Assembly: GCF_007748075.1 (NCBI RefSeq)
Contig: NZ_CP036280.1
Location: 480,001 to 512,000 of the forward strand
Length of the DNA stretch: 32,000 nucleotides
Direction of reading: 5' to 3'
Origin: Mucisphaera calidilacus
GTDB taxonomy: Bacteria > Planctomycetota > Phycisphaerae > Phycisphaerales > Phycisphaeraceae
The notes under the pieces were generated by a model. The model saw nothing but the letters and a program-made list of their open reading frames with translations, was not told the origin of the DNA and did no database searches. Position numbers and translations under genes: made by a program. Shown one piece after another: positions 1-10,327 of the stretch; within the stretch, counting starts at the first letter, position 1; each line of letters begins with the position of its first letter.

Positions 1-1141
<1,141 letters not shown>

Positions 1142-1145
<4 letters not shown>

Positions 1146-2767
1146 GCCACCAGCCGACACACCGCGCAGCCGTAATCCTGCTCTGTCTCGCACTCGGCGG
1201 ATGCCTCCAGTCCGAGGACACACCCTTCCTGCAACCCGACTGGGAACAGGCCCTGCGTGAGGCGGACCGCGACGAGGACGCGACGCAGCAGCCGACGAGC
1301 ATCCGAAACGAGGAACAAACCAGACTCACCGCCACCTCGCTGCTCCGAGACGACGGGGTGCTGGGCCTCTCCATCGAACACGCCGCGATGCTCGCCCTGT
1401 CGGGCAACCGCGACCTCGCCGTGCAGCAGTTCCAGCCCGTCATCGTCGGCGCCAACGAGCGGATCGAGCGTGGCGTCTTCGACCCCGAATTCTTCGCCTC
1501 GGCCGACTTCTCCGAAGAACGCGCCTCCGAGGTCAACCGCGCCACCGGCACACGGTTCAACGTCGAAGGCGAGGACACCACCGCCCAGGCCGGCATCCGC
1601 CAGACGCTGCCAACCGGCACCGACATCGAACTCGACGCCAGCTTCGACCGCGAGGTCTCCAACCGGACGCCCAAGCAGCAGGAGACCCGTATCGGCCTGA
1701 CCGTCACCCAGCAACTGCTCCGCGACGCCGGCCCCGCCGTCAACCTCGCACGCATCCGACAGGCACGCATCGACACCCGAGCCTCGGTCTTCGAGCTCCG
1801 AGGCTACGCCGAGACCCTCCTCGCGGAGGTCGAGTCCGCCTACTGGCGATACGTCCTCGCACGCGAGCGCATCGCCATCTTCCAACGCTCCGTCGACGTG
1901 GCCCGACAGCAACGCGACGAGGTCGAGCAGCGTATCGAGGTCGGCGTCCTCGCCGAAACCCTCGGCGCCGCCGCCCGCGCCGAGGTCGCACTCCGCGAGC
2001 TCGCGCTCATCGACGCACGCAGCGACCTGAAACGCCAGCGCCTGCAACTGCTACGCCTCATCAACCCCGACGTCGAAAGCCCGCTCGCACCGTCCCTGGA
2101 CCTGATGACCAGTCCCGTCACCACGCCTGAACCGATCGACGACCTCCCCGATCGCATCGAACTGGCCGAATTCAGACGACCCGATCTGGCCGAGGCAAAG
2201 CTCCGACTCGAACAGGGACGACTCGAAACGCTTATCACCCGCAACGGCGTCCTGCCTCGGCTTGAAGTCTTCATAGCACTCGGCAAGAGCGGGTTCGGCG
2301 ACACCGCCAGCGACAGCGTCAGGCAACTCGACGAGGATAGCTACGACCTCGGCTTCGGCATCAGCCTCAGCCAGTCACTCGGAAACGACGCAGCCATCGG
2401 TCGACGCAATGCCGCCTACGCCACCCGCCGACAGTCCGCCGCCGCCGTCGAAAACCTCCGCCAACTGATTCGACTCGACGTCCTGATCGCCGCCAACGAG
2501 GTCGAACGCTCACGCGAACAGATCGATGCCACCACCACCGCACGCCAACTCCAGGAAGACACCGTCCGCGCCGAGGTGGAGCGCTTCGAGGCCGGCGCCA
2601 GCACCGCGCTGCTCGTCGCCCAGGCACAACGCGATCTCATCCAGGCGCAGGTCGCAGAGGTCGAAGCCGTGGTCGCCTACCGACTCGCGATCATCCAGCT
2701 CTACCTCGCCGAGGGCTCGCTCCTGGATCGACGGGGCTACGCCTTGGACACCGACCAGACGCTCTGA
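1142..2767 (+). CDS. Outer-membrane efflux factor, TolC/NodT-family lipoprotein
   Basis: 541 aa. Signal peptide with a lipobox-like 'LCLALGGC'. Long Ala/Arg/Glu/Leu-rich helical repeats typical of TolC-like proteins ('[19 protein letters not shown]', '[19 protein letters not shown]'). Translationally coupled to the RND gene, in the canonical position for the outer-membrane factor. Confidence 0.85.
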
Positions 2768-2785
2768 CAACACGGCATCTCGCGA

Positions 2786-3934
2786 TCAAACGACGCTGGC
2801 GTAATACGGCTCGACCCGCTCCAGAATCTTCTCGGCCTCCGCCTCAGTCTTGGTGTGACAGCAGATATACATCCCCTTGGGACCGACCGCGTCGAGCAGG
2901 GGAATCACCTCGTCAGGCTTGACGGTGATGGCCTGCACGCTCTTGCCGGCGGCCAGGATGCGCTTGTAAAGGTCGTACCACTTGGGGTGCCCGCCGCCCT
3001 CGTCGGCATAGGCGAACTTGGGTGTCCACTCCAGCGCCTGAAGGCTCTCGATGCTCAGGATGTGGTCGAGGTTGGGCCAGCACTCCTCGCCGTCGAGATG
3101 GTACATAGCGAAATCAAGGTAATCGCACTGCTGCGTGAGGGCGGGCAGCACGAAACGCTCGAACTGATCCGGCCCGAACATCGAGCAGGCGTCGCACTGC
3201 ACCTTCGCGGTCTTCCCCGGGCCGTAAGGCGAGAAGGCGCCGAAGAGGCTCCAGCCCTCATCGTCACGGACTAGACCGTAGAAATGATCGTACGCCTTGA
3301 AGTACGCCTCGTTGATCGCCATCACGCTGCGCTCGATCCACTCCGGGTTGTCGAACATGTCGAGCAGCAGCGTCTGCGGGTCACGCAGCGCCGCGAGGAT
3401 GTCGATGTTCTCGATGAGGTCCGGGATACCAACGAGATAACGGCCGTCAGCCAGCTCGATCTCGGCACGCACGATCTCGGTCAGTCGCCGGTAGGCAAAG
3501 CTCGTGGTATCCAGTTCCAGCGGCGGGTGGGTCTCCGGGTCGTCGATGCAGTGCTCGTACCAGACCGTGTTCTTGGAAAACTTCCATCGAGCACCCAGCA
3601 TCGCGGCCAGGTCGCCCGGCCCGATGCAACTGCACCACGATGCCGGCGGCGCTTCAGCGTAGAAACGCTTGCGGCTCATGCGGTACGCGTAGTGCCTGAT
3701 GCGCGTCGGCAGGCCGATCCACCAGTCCTCCGGATCCTTCGCCGGCGGCGGCTCGGGAAGATCATCGTCCGACGGATCGCGGTCCGCGGTCAGGCAGAAC
3801 ACCAACTCCTCCTGACGCCACCAGCGCTCGTGACGGGGCTTGACACGTGACCAGTCCTCGTGCCACGTCGGATGACTCGGATTGCCGGCGGGGGAGGGCT
3901 TGCTCATACGCGGCATTATGGTGCTATTCACCAA
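2786..3934 (-). CDS. Cytoplasmic protein of unknown function; tentatively uroporphyrinogen-decarboxylase-like (URO-D/MtaA-type TIM barrel) superfamily
   Basis: 382-aa ORF with gene-like composition and no signal peptide. 'DLIENIDILAALRDPQTLLLDMFDNPEWIE', 'CSMFGPDQFERFVLPAL' and 'MYHLDGEECWPNLDHILSIESLQALEW' resemble the conserved layout of URO-D-like proteins, from memory only. Start is ambiguous (ATG at 3934, 3916 or 3907). The CDS call is solid; the family call is weak. Confidence 0.6.
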   Translation of the reverse strand: MVNSTIMPRMSKPSPAGNPSHPTWHEDWSRVKPRHERWWRQEELVFCLTADRDPSDDDLPEPPPAKDPEDWWIGLPTRIRHYAYRMSRKRFYAEAPPASWCSCIGPGDLAAMLGARWKFSKNTVWYEHCIDDPETHPPLELDTTSFAYRRLTEIVRAEIELADGRYLVGIPDLIENIDILAALRDPQTLLLDMFDNPEWIERSVMAINEAYFKAYDHFYGLVRDDEGWSLFGAFSPYGPGKTAKVQCDACSMFGPDQFERFVLPALTQQCDYLDFAMYHLDGEECWPNLDHILSIESLQALEWTPKFAYADEGGGHPKWYDLYKRILAAGKSVQAITVKPDEVIPLLDAVGPKGMYICCHTKTEAEAEKILERVEPYYASVV

Positions 3935-3982
3935 GGCTGTCTGCGTGACTCCGTTGTTTCGTTGTAAGTTTCTTGTTCGCTG

Positions 3983-4001
3983 TCGTGTATCTCAAACACG
4001 A
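3983..4001. promoter_or_regulatory. Inverted repeat TCGTGT-N7-ACACGA in the divergent intergenic region between 2786..3934(-) and 4117..5934(+)
   Basis: Perfect 6-bp arms read directly from the sequence (tcgtgtatctcaaacacga). It lies in the only non-coding stretch between two divergent genes. Function is unproven. Confidence 0.25.
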
Positions 4002-4116
4002 TGACGTACCCGAGTGATCCGCATCGGGCCAGCAGGAACGCGAGGCACTGGTGAAACACCGATGATCCCCCTATCGTCTGCGCCCTCGCCATCAACCACA
4101 CCCCTCAGGAGTCGTC

Positions 4117-5934
4117 ATGCCGGCAGACAACGCGATCGAGACCCGCATCAGGAAGGGCCTGTTTGCGACGACAGACCCCTCGGCGAGCATCATCCTCTCA
4201 CCCAAACGTGTCGATGACCTTCGCGCCCTGCGTCGTCGCGACCCGCGCCTGGAACAGTACATCCGGCAGGTCCTGAACCGGGCCGAAGCCTGCCTGTCCG
4301 GCGATCCTCTGCCCGAGCAGTGGTACGGATCCGGCGATTACAGGCACATGCTCGAAACCAGCCGTGACGCGGTCCATCGCGTCACCCACCTCGGCCTGGC
4401 GTGGCAACTCACCGGCGAGCGTCGCTACAGCAACCGCCTCGCGGAAGTCGCACGCGCGGCATGCGCCATGGAATCATGGTGGCCGCGTCACTTCCTCGAC
4501 ACCGCCGAGATGATGACGGCCATGGCGCTCGCGCTGGCGTGGGGTGGCGACGGCCTGGACCCCTCCACACGCTCAAGGATCACCGAGGCACTGGTCGACA
4601 AGGGGCTGACGCAGGCTAGAGCGGCCTACCGCGACGACTGGCCCCACCTGCAATGGCCCACCGAAACCAGCAACTGGAACATCATCTGCAACACCGGCGT
4701 CATCCTCGCGAGCCTCGCCTGCCACCGCACGCACACCGACCTCGCCGTCGAACTGATCGCCAAGGCACGCCAGACACTCGTCAACGGGCTGAAGCCCTTT
4801 GCACCGCAGGGCAACTACCCCGAGGGCACCGTCTACTGGGCTTACGCAACACGCTACCTGGCCTTACTCGGCTCGGCGCTGCAAACCGCGCTGGGCGATG
4901 ACCTCGACGTACTCGCGATGCCCGGCGTTCGCCAGACCGCCGATTACCCCCGACGCATGCGCTCGCCAACGGGCCACACCGTCTGCTTCGGCGACCAGAT
5001 CTTCGAGGACACCGCCAGTCATCGTGGCGTCAGCCTCCTCTACTTCGCGCAGGCCTTCGACGACCCACGCCTCGCCGCCGCCGAGCACGAGCACCTGCAG
5101 AGCCACCCCCACGACGCCTCGCCGCTGCACGTCGCGTGGTTCACGCCCTACGAACCGGGTGCAACCAGCGGCCCGCTGCTCGACCTGCTCGAGGGAGAGA
5201 CCCCGCTCGCGATCATGCGCACGAACTGGTCCGACCCCAACGCGGCCTTCATGAGTGTCAAGGGCGGACGCAACCGTGCCAACCACAACAACCTCGACCT
5301 CGGCGTCATCGAGTACCACGCGCTCGGCGAACGCTGGGTCGTCGATCTCGGACGAGAGGACTACCGACTACCGGGCTACTGGGAGGTCGAAGACCCCGAC
5401 CATCCGGGACAACCGGGACGTCGCTTCGACTGGTTCCGTTGCTCGACCGCTGGGCACAGCCTGCCCACGATCGATGGCCGCCAGCAAGCGCTCGATGGCG
5501 AGGCCGCCTTGATCCCGCAAGCCGAGCAGGGGGGTATCGTCGGCTGCCGTGTTGACCTCACCGGCGCCTACGCGGGGCAGGCGCAACGGGTCGATCGCGC
5601 GGTGACCTTCGACACCGCGAGCGGGAGGGGCGAGGTGTGTGACACCGTCGTCTTGTCGGCTCCCGCAGAGGTGGTCTGGTGCCTCGTGATTGAAGCGGAG
5701 GTTCAGGTTCTATCCCAACGACGCCTGACCCTGAGTCAGAACGGCAAGCACATCACCCTCGATCTTGACCCGCCGGCCGGCGGAGAACTGCGGATTGAAT
5801 CGGCCCACCGGCAAGAGCCTGAGGCCCCGAACCACGGCGTCTCTCTTGTTCAGGTACGGCTCTGTGCCGAGGCAGGGGAATGGACTCTGCGATCGGCGCT
5901 CACGCCCAGCCCGCCCGATGTCAATCAGGGGTAA
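4117..5934 (+). CDS. Heparinase II/III-like polysaccharide lyase (alpha/alpha-toroid N-domain plus heparinase II/III C-domain); no signal peptide detected
   Basis: 605 aa. AGGAG sits 6 nt upstream of the ATG. The C-terminal block 'GGRNRANHNNLDLGVIEYHALGERWVVDLGREDY' matches the His/Asp-rich heparinase II/III-like signature. The N-terminal half is helical and Trp-rich. The N-terminus 'MPADNAIETRIRKGLFATTD' has no hydrophobic signal. Confidence 0.75.
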   Translation: MPADNAIETRIRKGLFATTDPSASIILSPKRVDDLRALRRRDPRLEQYIRQVLNRAEACLSGDPLPEQWYGSGDYRHMLETSRDAVHRVTHLGLAWQLTGERRYSNRLAEVARAACAMESWWPRHFLDTAEMMTAMALALAWGGDGLDPSTRSRITEALVDKGLTQARAAYRDDWPHLQWPTETSNWNIICNTGVILASLACHRTHTDLAVELIAKARQTLVNGLKPFAPQGNYPEGTVYWAYATRYLALLGSALQTALGDDLDVLAMPGVRQTADYPRRMRSPTGHTVCFGDQIFEDTASHRGVSLLYFAQAFDDPRLAAAEHEHLQSHPHDASPLHVAWFTPYEPGATSGPLLDLLEGETPLAIMRTNWSDPNAAFMSVKGGRNRANHNNLDLGVIEYHALGERWVVDLGREDYRLPGYWEVEDPDHPGQPGRRFDWFRCSTAGHSLPTIDGRQQALDGEAALIPQAEQGGIVGCRVDLTGAYAGQAQRVDRAVTFDTASGRGEVCDTVVLSAPAEVVWCLVIEAEVQVLSQRRLTLSQNGKHITLDLDPPAGGELRIESAHRQEPEAPNHGVSLVQVRLCAEAGEWTLRSALTPSPPDVNQG

Positions 5935-6043
5935 TCACCCCATTAATCGCCTTAATGAAGCATAAATGCATGTCATACATGCGAATAAGCGAATAATGGC
6001 CTTGTGGCCATGAAAAATCTGCGCAAATTCTCGTTCAGATCAC

Positions 6044-6071
6044 TTGACAAGAGGAGTTTCTGGTCTAGATT
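6044..6071 (+). promoter_or_regulatory. Candidate sigma70-type promoter (TTGACA-N16-TAGATT) for the LacI-family gene
   Basis: TTGACA at 6044-6049 and TAGATT at 6066-6071 with a 16-nt spacer, inside an AT-rich island in a high-GC genome, 84 nt upstream of the GTG start. Planctomycete promoter rules are poorly known. Confidence 0.4.
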
Positions 6072-6100
6072 ACACGGGTAATCAATTACGCGGGTAATCA
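6069..6100. promoter_or_regulatory. Tandem pair of 16-bp pseudo-palindromic operator-like sites (ATTACACGGGTAATCA / ATTACGCGGGTAATCA)
   Basis: Two adjacent 16-mers differ at one position. Each has ATTAC..GTAAT arms around a central CG, which is the architecture typical of LacI-family operators. They overlap the putative -10 box. A third half-site, GGGTAATCACC, occurs at 5928-5939. Confidence 0.45.
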
Positions 6101-6154
6101 CCCGATCGACGTCTCTCACCGTTTCGACTCCCGACCCCTGACCGAGTTTTTATC

Positions 6155-7216
6155 GTGGCCGTAACCGCATCCGACATCGCCCGAAAGCTAGGCATCTCAC
6201 GGCAGACCGTGAGCAAGGTGCTCGTCGGCGGCAAGACCAACGTCCGCGTCAGCGACCGCATGGCCACCCGAATCCAGAAGGTCGCCGACGAACTCGGATA
6301 CCGTCCCAACACCGCCGCCCGTCTCGTTTCCCAGGGCCGAAGAGGGTCGATCGACCTGCTGATGTCCACCGAACGCGGGTCCAGCGTGCTGCCCATCGCC
6401 CTGATCAACAGCATCCACGACAAGCTCATCGGCCTCGACCTCCAGCTGACCGTCACTAGGCTGCCCGACAGCCAACTCACCGACGCCAGCTACGTCCCCA
6501 AGATCCTGCGCGAGCACTGCGCCGACGGCATCCTGATCAACTACACGCACCACGTGCCCGTGGATCTGCCGCCCCTGCTCGACAAGCACAAGATCCCCGC
6601 CGTCTGGATCAACATCCGTCGCGAGAACAACTGCGTCTACCCCGACGAGGTCGCGGGGACGCGAAAAGCCACCGAGCACCTGCTCGGACTCGGACACACG
6701 AAGATCGCCTTCCACATCCTCTCCGAGCACGGTCACTTCAGCGAGTGCGACCGACGCCTCGGCTACGAGCTCGCCATGCGCGACGCGGGCCTGATGCCTC
6801 AGGTCGTTCGCGCCGGCGCACGCCCGCGTCAGGAGTGTGACGCCCACCCGCTTCAGGACGACCGGCTCGAGCGTGTTCTCGCCTGGCTCAAAAAACCCGA
6901 TCGCCCCACCGCCATCGTCGCCTACGCACCGATCGATACCGTCGTGATCGCCTACGCCGCCGCACAACTCGGCCTCACACTCGGACGCGATCTCTCACTC
7001 GTCGGCGTCAGCGACGACGGCGTCACCAACCCGCTGGGCATCGCGATGACCCAACTCGTCACGCCGCAGGCCGAACTGGGCGCCAACGGCATCCGGATGC
7101 TCATGCGGCAGATCGAAACACCGGCGCTGCCGCTGGACCCACGCCCCGTCGAGGTCCCGCTGACACTCGGGCACTCCACCGGTCGCCACGAATCAACCGT
7201 TCGGGGGGCACGATGA
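6155..7216 (+). CDS. LacI-family transcriptional regulator
   Basis: 353 aa with a GTG start. N-terminal HTH 'VTASDIARKLGISRQTVSKVLVG' is followed by a periplasmic-binding-protein-like sugar-binding fold ('ADGILINYTH', 'PTAIVAYAPIDTVVIAYAAAQLGLTLGRDLSLVGVSD'). Confidence 0.9.
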   Translation: MAVTASDIARKLGISRQTVSKVLVGGKTNVRVSDRMATRIQKVADELGYRPNTAARLVSQGRRGSIDLLMSTERGSSVLPIALINSIHDKLIGLDLQLTVTRLPDSQLTDASYVPKILREHCADGILINYTHHVPVDLPPLLDKHKIPAVWINIRRENNCVYPDEVAGTRKATEHLLGLGHTKIAFHILSEHGHFSECDRRLGYELAMRDAGLMPQVVRAGARPRQECDAHPLQDDRLERVLAWLKKPDRPTAIVAYAPIDTVVIAYAAAQLGLTLGRDLSLVGVSDDGVTNPLGIAMTQLVTPQAELGANGIRMLMRQIETPALPLDPRPVEVPLTLGHSTGRHESTVRGAR

Positions 7217-7280
7217 ACACACCGTCAGAGTCATTGTGTCCCGTGTCATCTCTGTTTACTCACGTTTTGGAGGATGAAAG

Positions 7281-8063
7281 ATGAAGACTCGCTCCGCCTC
7301 GTACCTGATCGCGGCCATCGCCGCACTCCCCGTCGCCTCGGCAACCGCCGGCGTTATCACCTTTGACCCCGCCGACGGATACACCCTCGGCAGCTCTCTC
7401 GTCGTCCATCCCGACTGGGCCGGCGACGGGTCGCTCTACAGCGTCACGTCACTCGGTGGCGGCAACGGCGCCGCCCAGAGCGCCGCCACCAACCAGACCA
7501 ACTTCGCCAACAACCGCTACACCCCCGACGCCGGCTTCCTCGGCACCCCCGACACCACCACCGCCGGCAATGTCTACGACTTCAGCTTCCAAATCCGCAA
7601 CGACGCCTCGCTCGGCTCGTTCGACTGGGGCGTGGCCCACCGCATCCGCATCGGCGGCAGCGACTCGGCCCCGATGATCCAGTTCCAGATCTTTGACCTC
7701 GGCGTCGTGCAGTACAACAACGGCGGCGGCTCCACCAGCGTCACCAATATCAACGACGCCCGCTTCGATATGGACGACGCCACCGGACGCTTCATCACCG
7801 TCGAGGGCTCCATCGACATCGATGCCGGCACCTACGACCTGAGCTTCGACGGCGTGGTCCAGGGAACCGGGCTGGGGCTCATGAACGTCCCGTCCGACTT
7901 CGGCCAGATCACCCTCCAGTGGGGACCGAGCAACCTCGCTCCCGACTACCGCCAGATCAGCCTCGACAACCTGGCGATCGACGCCGTACCCGTTCCCGAG
8001 CCCGCGAGCTTCGGCCTGGGACTCCTCGGCATGAGCATCGTCGCGCTGCGTCGCGCTCGCTGA
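7281..8063 (+). CDS. Secreted PEP-CTERM protein with a ~200-aa beta-sandwich/lectin-like domain of unknown function (paralog A)
   Basis: GGAGGA RBS 6 nt upstream of the ATG. Signal peptide 'MKTRSASYLIAAIAALPVASATA'. C-terminal 'VPVPEPASFGLGLLGMSIVALRRAR' is PEP, then a TM helix, then an Arg cluster. The body is paralogous to 8187..9332. Confidence 0.85.
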   Translation: MKTRSASYLIAAIAALPVASATAGVITFDPADGYTLGSSLVVHPDWAGDGSLYSVTSLGGGNGAAQSAATNQTNFANNRYTPDAGFLGTPDTTTAGNVYDFSFQIRNDASLGSFDWGVAHRIRIGGSDSAPMIQFQIFDLGVVQYNNGGGSTSVTNINDARFDMDDATGRFITVEGSIDIDAGTYDLSFDGVVQGTGLGLMNVPSDFGQITLQWGPSNLAPDYRQISLDNLAIDAVPVPEPASFGLGLLGMSIVALRRAR

Positions 8064-8186
8064 ACCAACAGCAGGGGGGTAAGGCCCAACGGCCTCGCCC
8101 CGCTTTGTGAGACACGTAATACGTTCGTCACCTCGTGTTCAGTCCCTCACTCGGATCCGATTCACCCCACAGGCTGGAGAACATCG

Positions 8187-9332
8187 ATGACCGCTAACGC
8201 CACACGCACCGCACTCGCCACCGTCGGAGCCTGCCTCGCCCTCGGCTCCAACGCGTCCGCCGGACTCGTCACCTTCGACCCCGTCGACTGGTACTTCCTC
8301 GGTACCTCGCTCGTCGTCCACCCCGAATGGGCCGGCGAGGGCACGCTCTACTCCATCGTCTCGCTCGGGAACGACAACGGCGCAGCCCAGAGCGCCGCGA
8401 CCAACCAGACCAACTTCGCCAACAACCGCTTCACCCCCGACGCCGCCTTCCTCGGCACCGACGACACGACCACAGCCGGCAATCTCTACAAGTTCGCGTT
8501 CCAACTCCGCAACGATCAGCAGGCCTCCACCGACGGCACCGATGACCAGTGGGGACTCGCCCACCGCATCCGCATCGGTGGCACTGATTCCGTGCCCATC
8601 GTCCAGTTCCAGATCTTCGACAACGGCCGCGTCCAGTACAACGACGGCGGCGGCTCGGTCAACGCCGTCAGCGAGAGCGGCAATAACTTCGACCTCGACG
8701 ACGCCACCGGACGCTTCATCGACGTCGAGGGATACATCGATATTGATGCCGGCACCTACCAGATCTCCTTCGACGGCGTCCTCCAGGGCACCGACCTCGG
8801 CCTCTACAGCAATCCCTCGGATTTTGGCCAGGTCACCTTCCAGTGGGGCCCCAGCAACAGCGCCCCCGACTACCGCCAGATCAGCATCGATAACCTCGAG
8901 ATCGCCGCCGTCGATGACCTCCCCGGACTCGCGGGCGACTTCAACATGAACGGCATCCTCGACGCGGGCGACATCGACCTGCTCGTCGAAAACCTCGGCG
9001 ACCCGGCCTACGACCTCAACGGCGACGACGTCGCCGACCAACTCGACATGGACCTACTCGTCACCGACGACGACTTCCTCGGCACGCTCTACGGCGACGC
9101 CAACCTCGACAAGAGTGTCGACCTGCTCGACCTCTCCGCGCTCGCCAGCAACTTCGACGCAGCATCCGGATGGGCCGGCGGCAACTTCAACACCGACACA
9201 CAGGTTGACCTGCTCGATCTCTCGATGCTCGCCTCCAACTTCGGCAACACCCCCGCGGCACCCGAACCGACCTCCGCCGCGATCGCCGCTTTGATCCTTG
9301 GTCTTGCCACGCTCCGCCGACGTATCGGCTGA
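8187..9332 (+). CDS. Secreted protein: lectin-like domain (paralog B) plus two dockerin-like Ca-binding repeat pairs plus PEP-CTERM
   Basis: GGAGAA RBS. Signal peptide 'MTANATRTALATVGACLALGSNASA'. The N-domain aligns with 7281..8063 ('NGAAQSAATNQTNFANNR[YF]TPDA'). C-terminal 'GDFNMNGILDAGDIDLLVENLG..DLNGDDVADQLDMDLLV' and 'GDANLDKSVDLLDLSALASNF...NFNTDTQVDLLDLSMLASNFG' are followed by 'APEPTSAAIAALILGLATLRRRIG'. Confidence 0.85.
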   Translation: MTANATRTALATVGACLALGSNASAGLVTFDPVDWYFLGTSLVVHPEWAGEGTLYSIVSLGNDNGAAQSAATNQTNFANNRFTPDAAFLGTDDTTTAGNLYKFAFQLRNDQQASTDGTDDQWGLAHRIRIGGTDSVPIVQFQIFDNGRVQYNDGGGSVNAVSESGNNFDLDDATGRFIDVEGYIDIDAGTYQISFDGVLQGTDLGLYSNPSDFGQVTFQWGPSNSAPDYRQISIDNLEIAAVDDLPGLAGDFNMNGILDAGDIDLLVENLGDPAYDLNGDDVADQLDMDLLVTDDDFLGTLYGDANLDKSVDLLDLSALASNFDAASGWAGGNFNTDTQVDLLDLSMLASNFGNTPAAPEPTSAAIAALILGLATLRRRIG

Positions 9333-9434
9333 TCCTCCTCCTGCCCGTGCGGTCTCGCGGCGTGTAAGCAGCGTCGCGGGACCGGGGGCTTACGCAAGAA
9401 GACCCGAATGCCAACCCAGCAAGGACACGCAACC

Positions 9435-10271
9435 ATGAACCATCAGCGACGCGCCTTCACGCTCATCGAACTCCTGGTCGTGATCTCGATTATCGCGTTG
9501 CTGATCGGGATCCTCCTGCCCGCGCTCGGCGCGGCCCGAGCCTCGGCACGCAACACCCAGTGCCTCTCCAACCTACGCCAGGTCGGCATCGGCATGTACG
9601 CCTACCTGACCGACAACAAAGACCAGATCGTCCCCGGACGATCCATCACACCCGGCACCGGCGGCGACGTCCTCGAGGTCCACTACGCCGCCATCCTCTC
9701 GCAGACCGGCTACGGCGTCGCCGACGACGTCCTCGACAACCCCGATGACCTCTCCGGAAACACCATGTTCCGATGCCCCGAGGGACTCGACGAGGTCAAG
9801 GTGCCCGGCGATCCCGCGGCGCCCCAAAGCCAGACGGACGAGGAGGGGCTCAAGGGCTGGCGGGCCTTCTTCGCCTACAGAGGCCAGACCCGCGCACGCG
9901 TCGATACCTGGTATGGCGTCAACACCATGCAGATGGACAACGCCGTCGGAGCCTACTACTTCGAGTCCTTCCCCATGTCCGACGTCACGCCCCAACAACC
10001 CATGACTCAGAAGATCACCAAAATCCACGAACCCTCCAAAACCGCGATGATCTACGACGGCATCGAGGTTCACAACGGCAACTTCAACCGACTCAGCCTC
10101 CGCCACGGCGGGCAGTCGTCCATGAATGTTCTGCTGGCAGACGGACACGTCGAGGGCTATCAGGAAAGCGAAGTCCCCGCGCCCGGCACCGGGATCGGAA
10201 GCCCCTGGCCAACCTCCATCGGCAACCTTGGCGACTTCCCGGCCCTCAACTGGCGCATCAACAAGCCCTGA
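9435..10271 (+). CDS. Prepilin-type N-terminal cleavage/methylation domain protein, DUF1559 / H-X9-DG family (type II secretion pseudopilin-like)
   Basis: '[35 protein letters not shown]' is the class III signal plus the hydrophobic pilin helix. C-terminal '[21 protein letters not shown]' resembles the H-X9-DG processing-associated motif. An alternative in-frame ATG lies at 9408. Confidence 0.9.
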   Translation: MNHQRRAFTLIELLVVISIIALLIGILLPALGAARASARNTQCLSNLRQVGIGMYAYLTDNKDQIVPGRSITPGTGGDVLEVHYAAILSQTGYGVADDVLDNPDDLSGNTMFRCPEGLDEVKVPGDPAAPQSQTDEEGLKGWRAFFAYRGQTRARVDTWYGVNTMQMDNAVGAYYFESFPMSDVTPQQPMTQKITKIHEPSKTAMIYDGIEVHNGNFNRLSLRHGGQSSMNVLLADGHVEGYQESEVPAPGTGIGSPWPTSIGNLGDFPALNWRINKP

Positions 10272-10327
10272 CCCACTCCACCGACACAGCACGATCAACA
10301 CGCCGCACGCACCCGAAAGGTAGACCT

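Noticed and set aside
4014-4217. 67-aa ORF in the divergent intergenic region, overlapping the heparinase start
   Set aside because: It overlaps the well-supported 4117 start (AGGAG RBS) in another frame, and its composition is Arg/Pro-rich.
9773-10327. N-terminal 185-aa extension of the GH10 ORF suggested by the ORF track
   Set aside because: It overlaps the DUF1559 gene in another frame and is Arg/Gly/Pro-rich. A GTG at 10328, with a GAAAGG RBS, begins a proper signal peptide.
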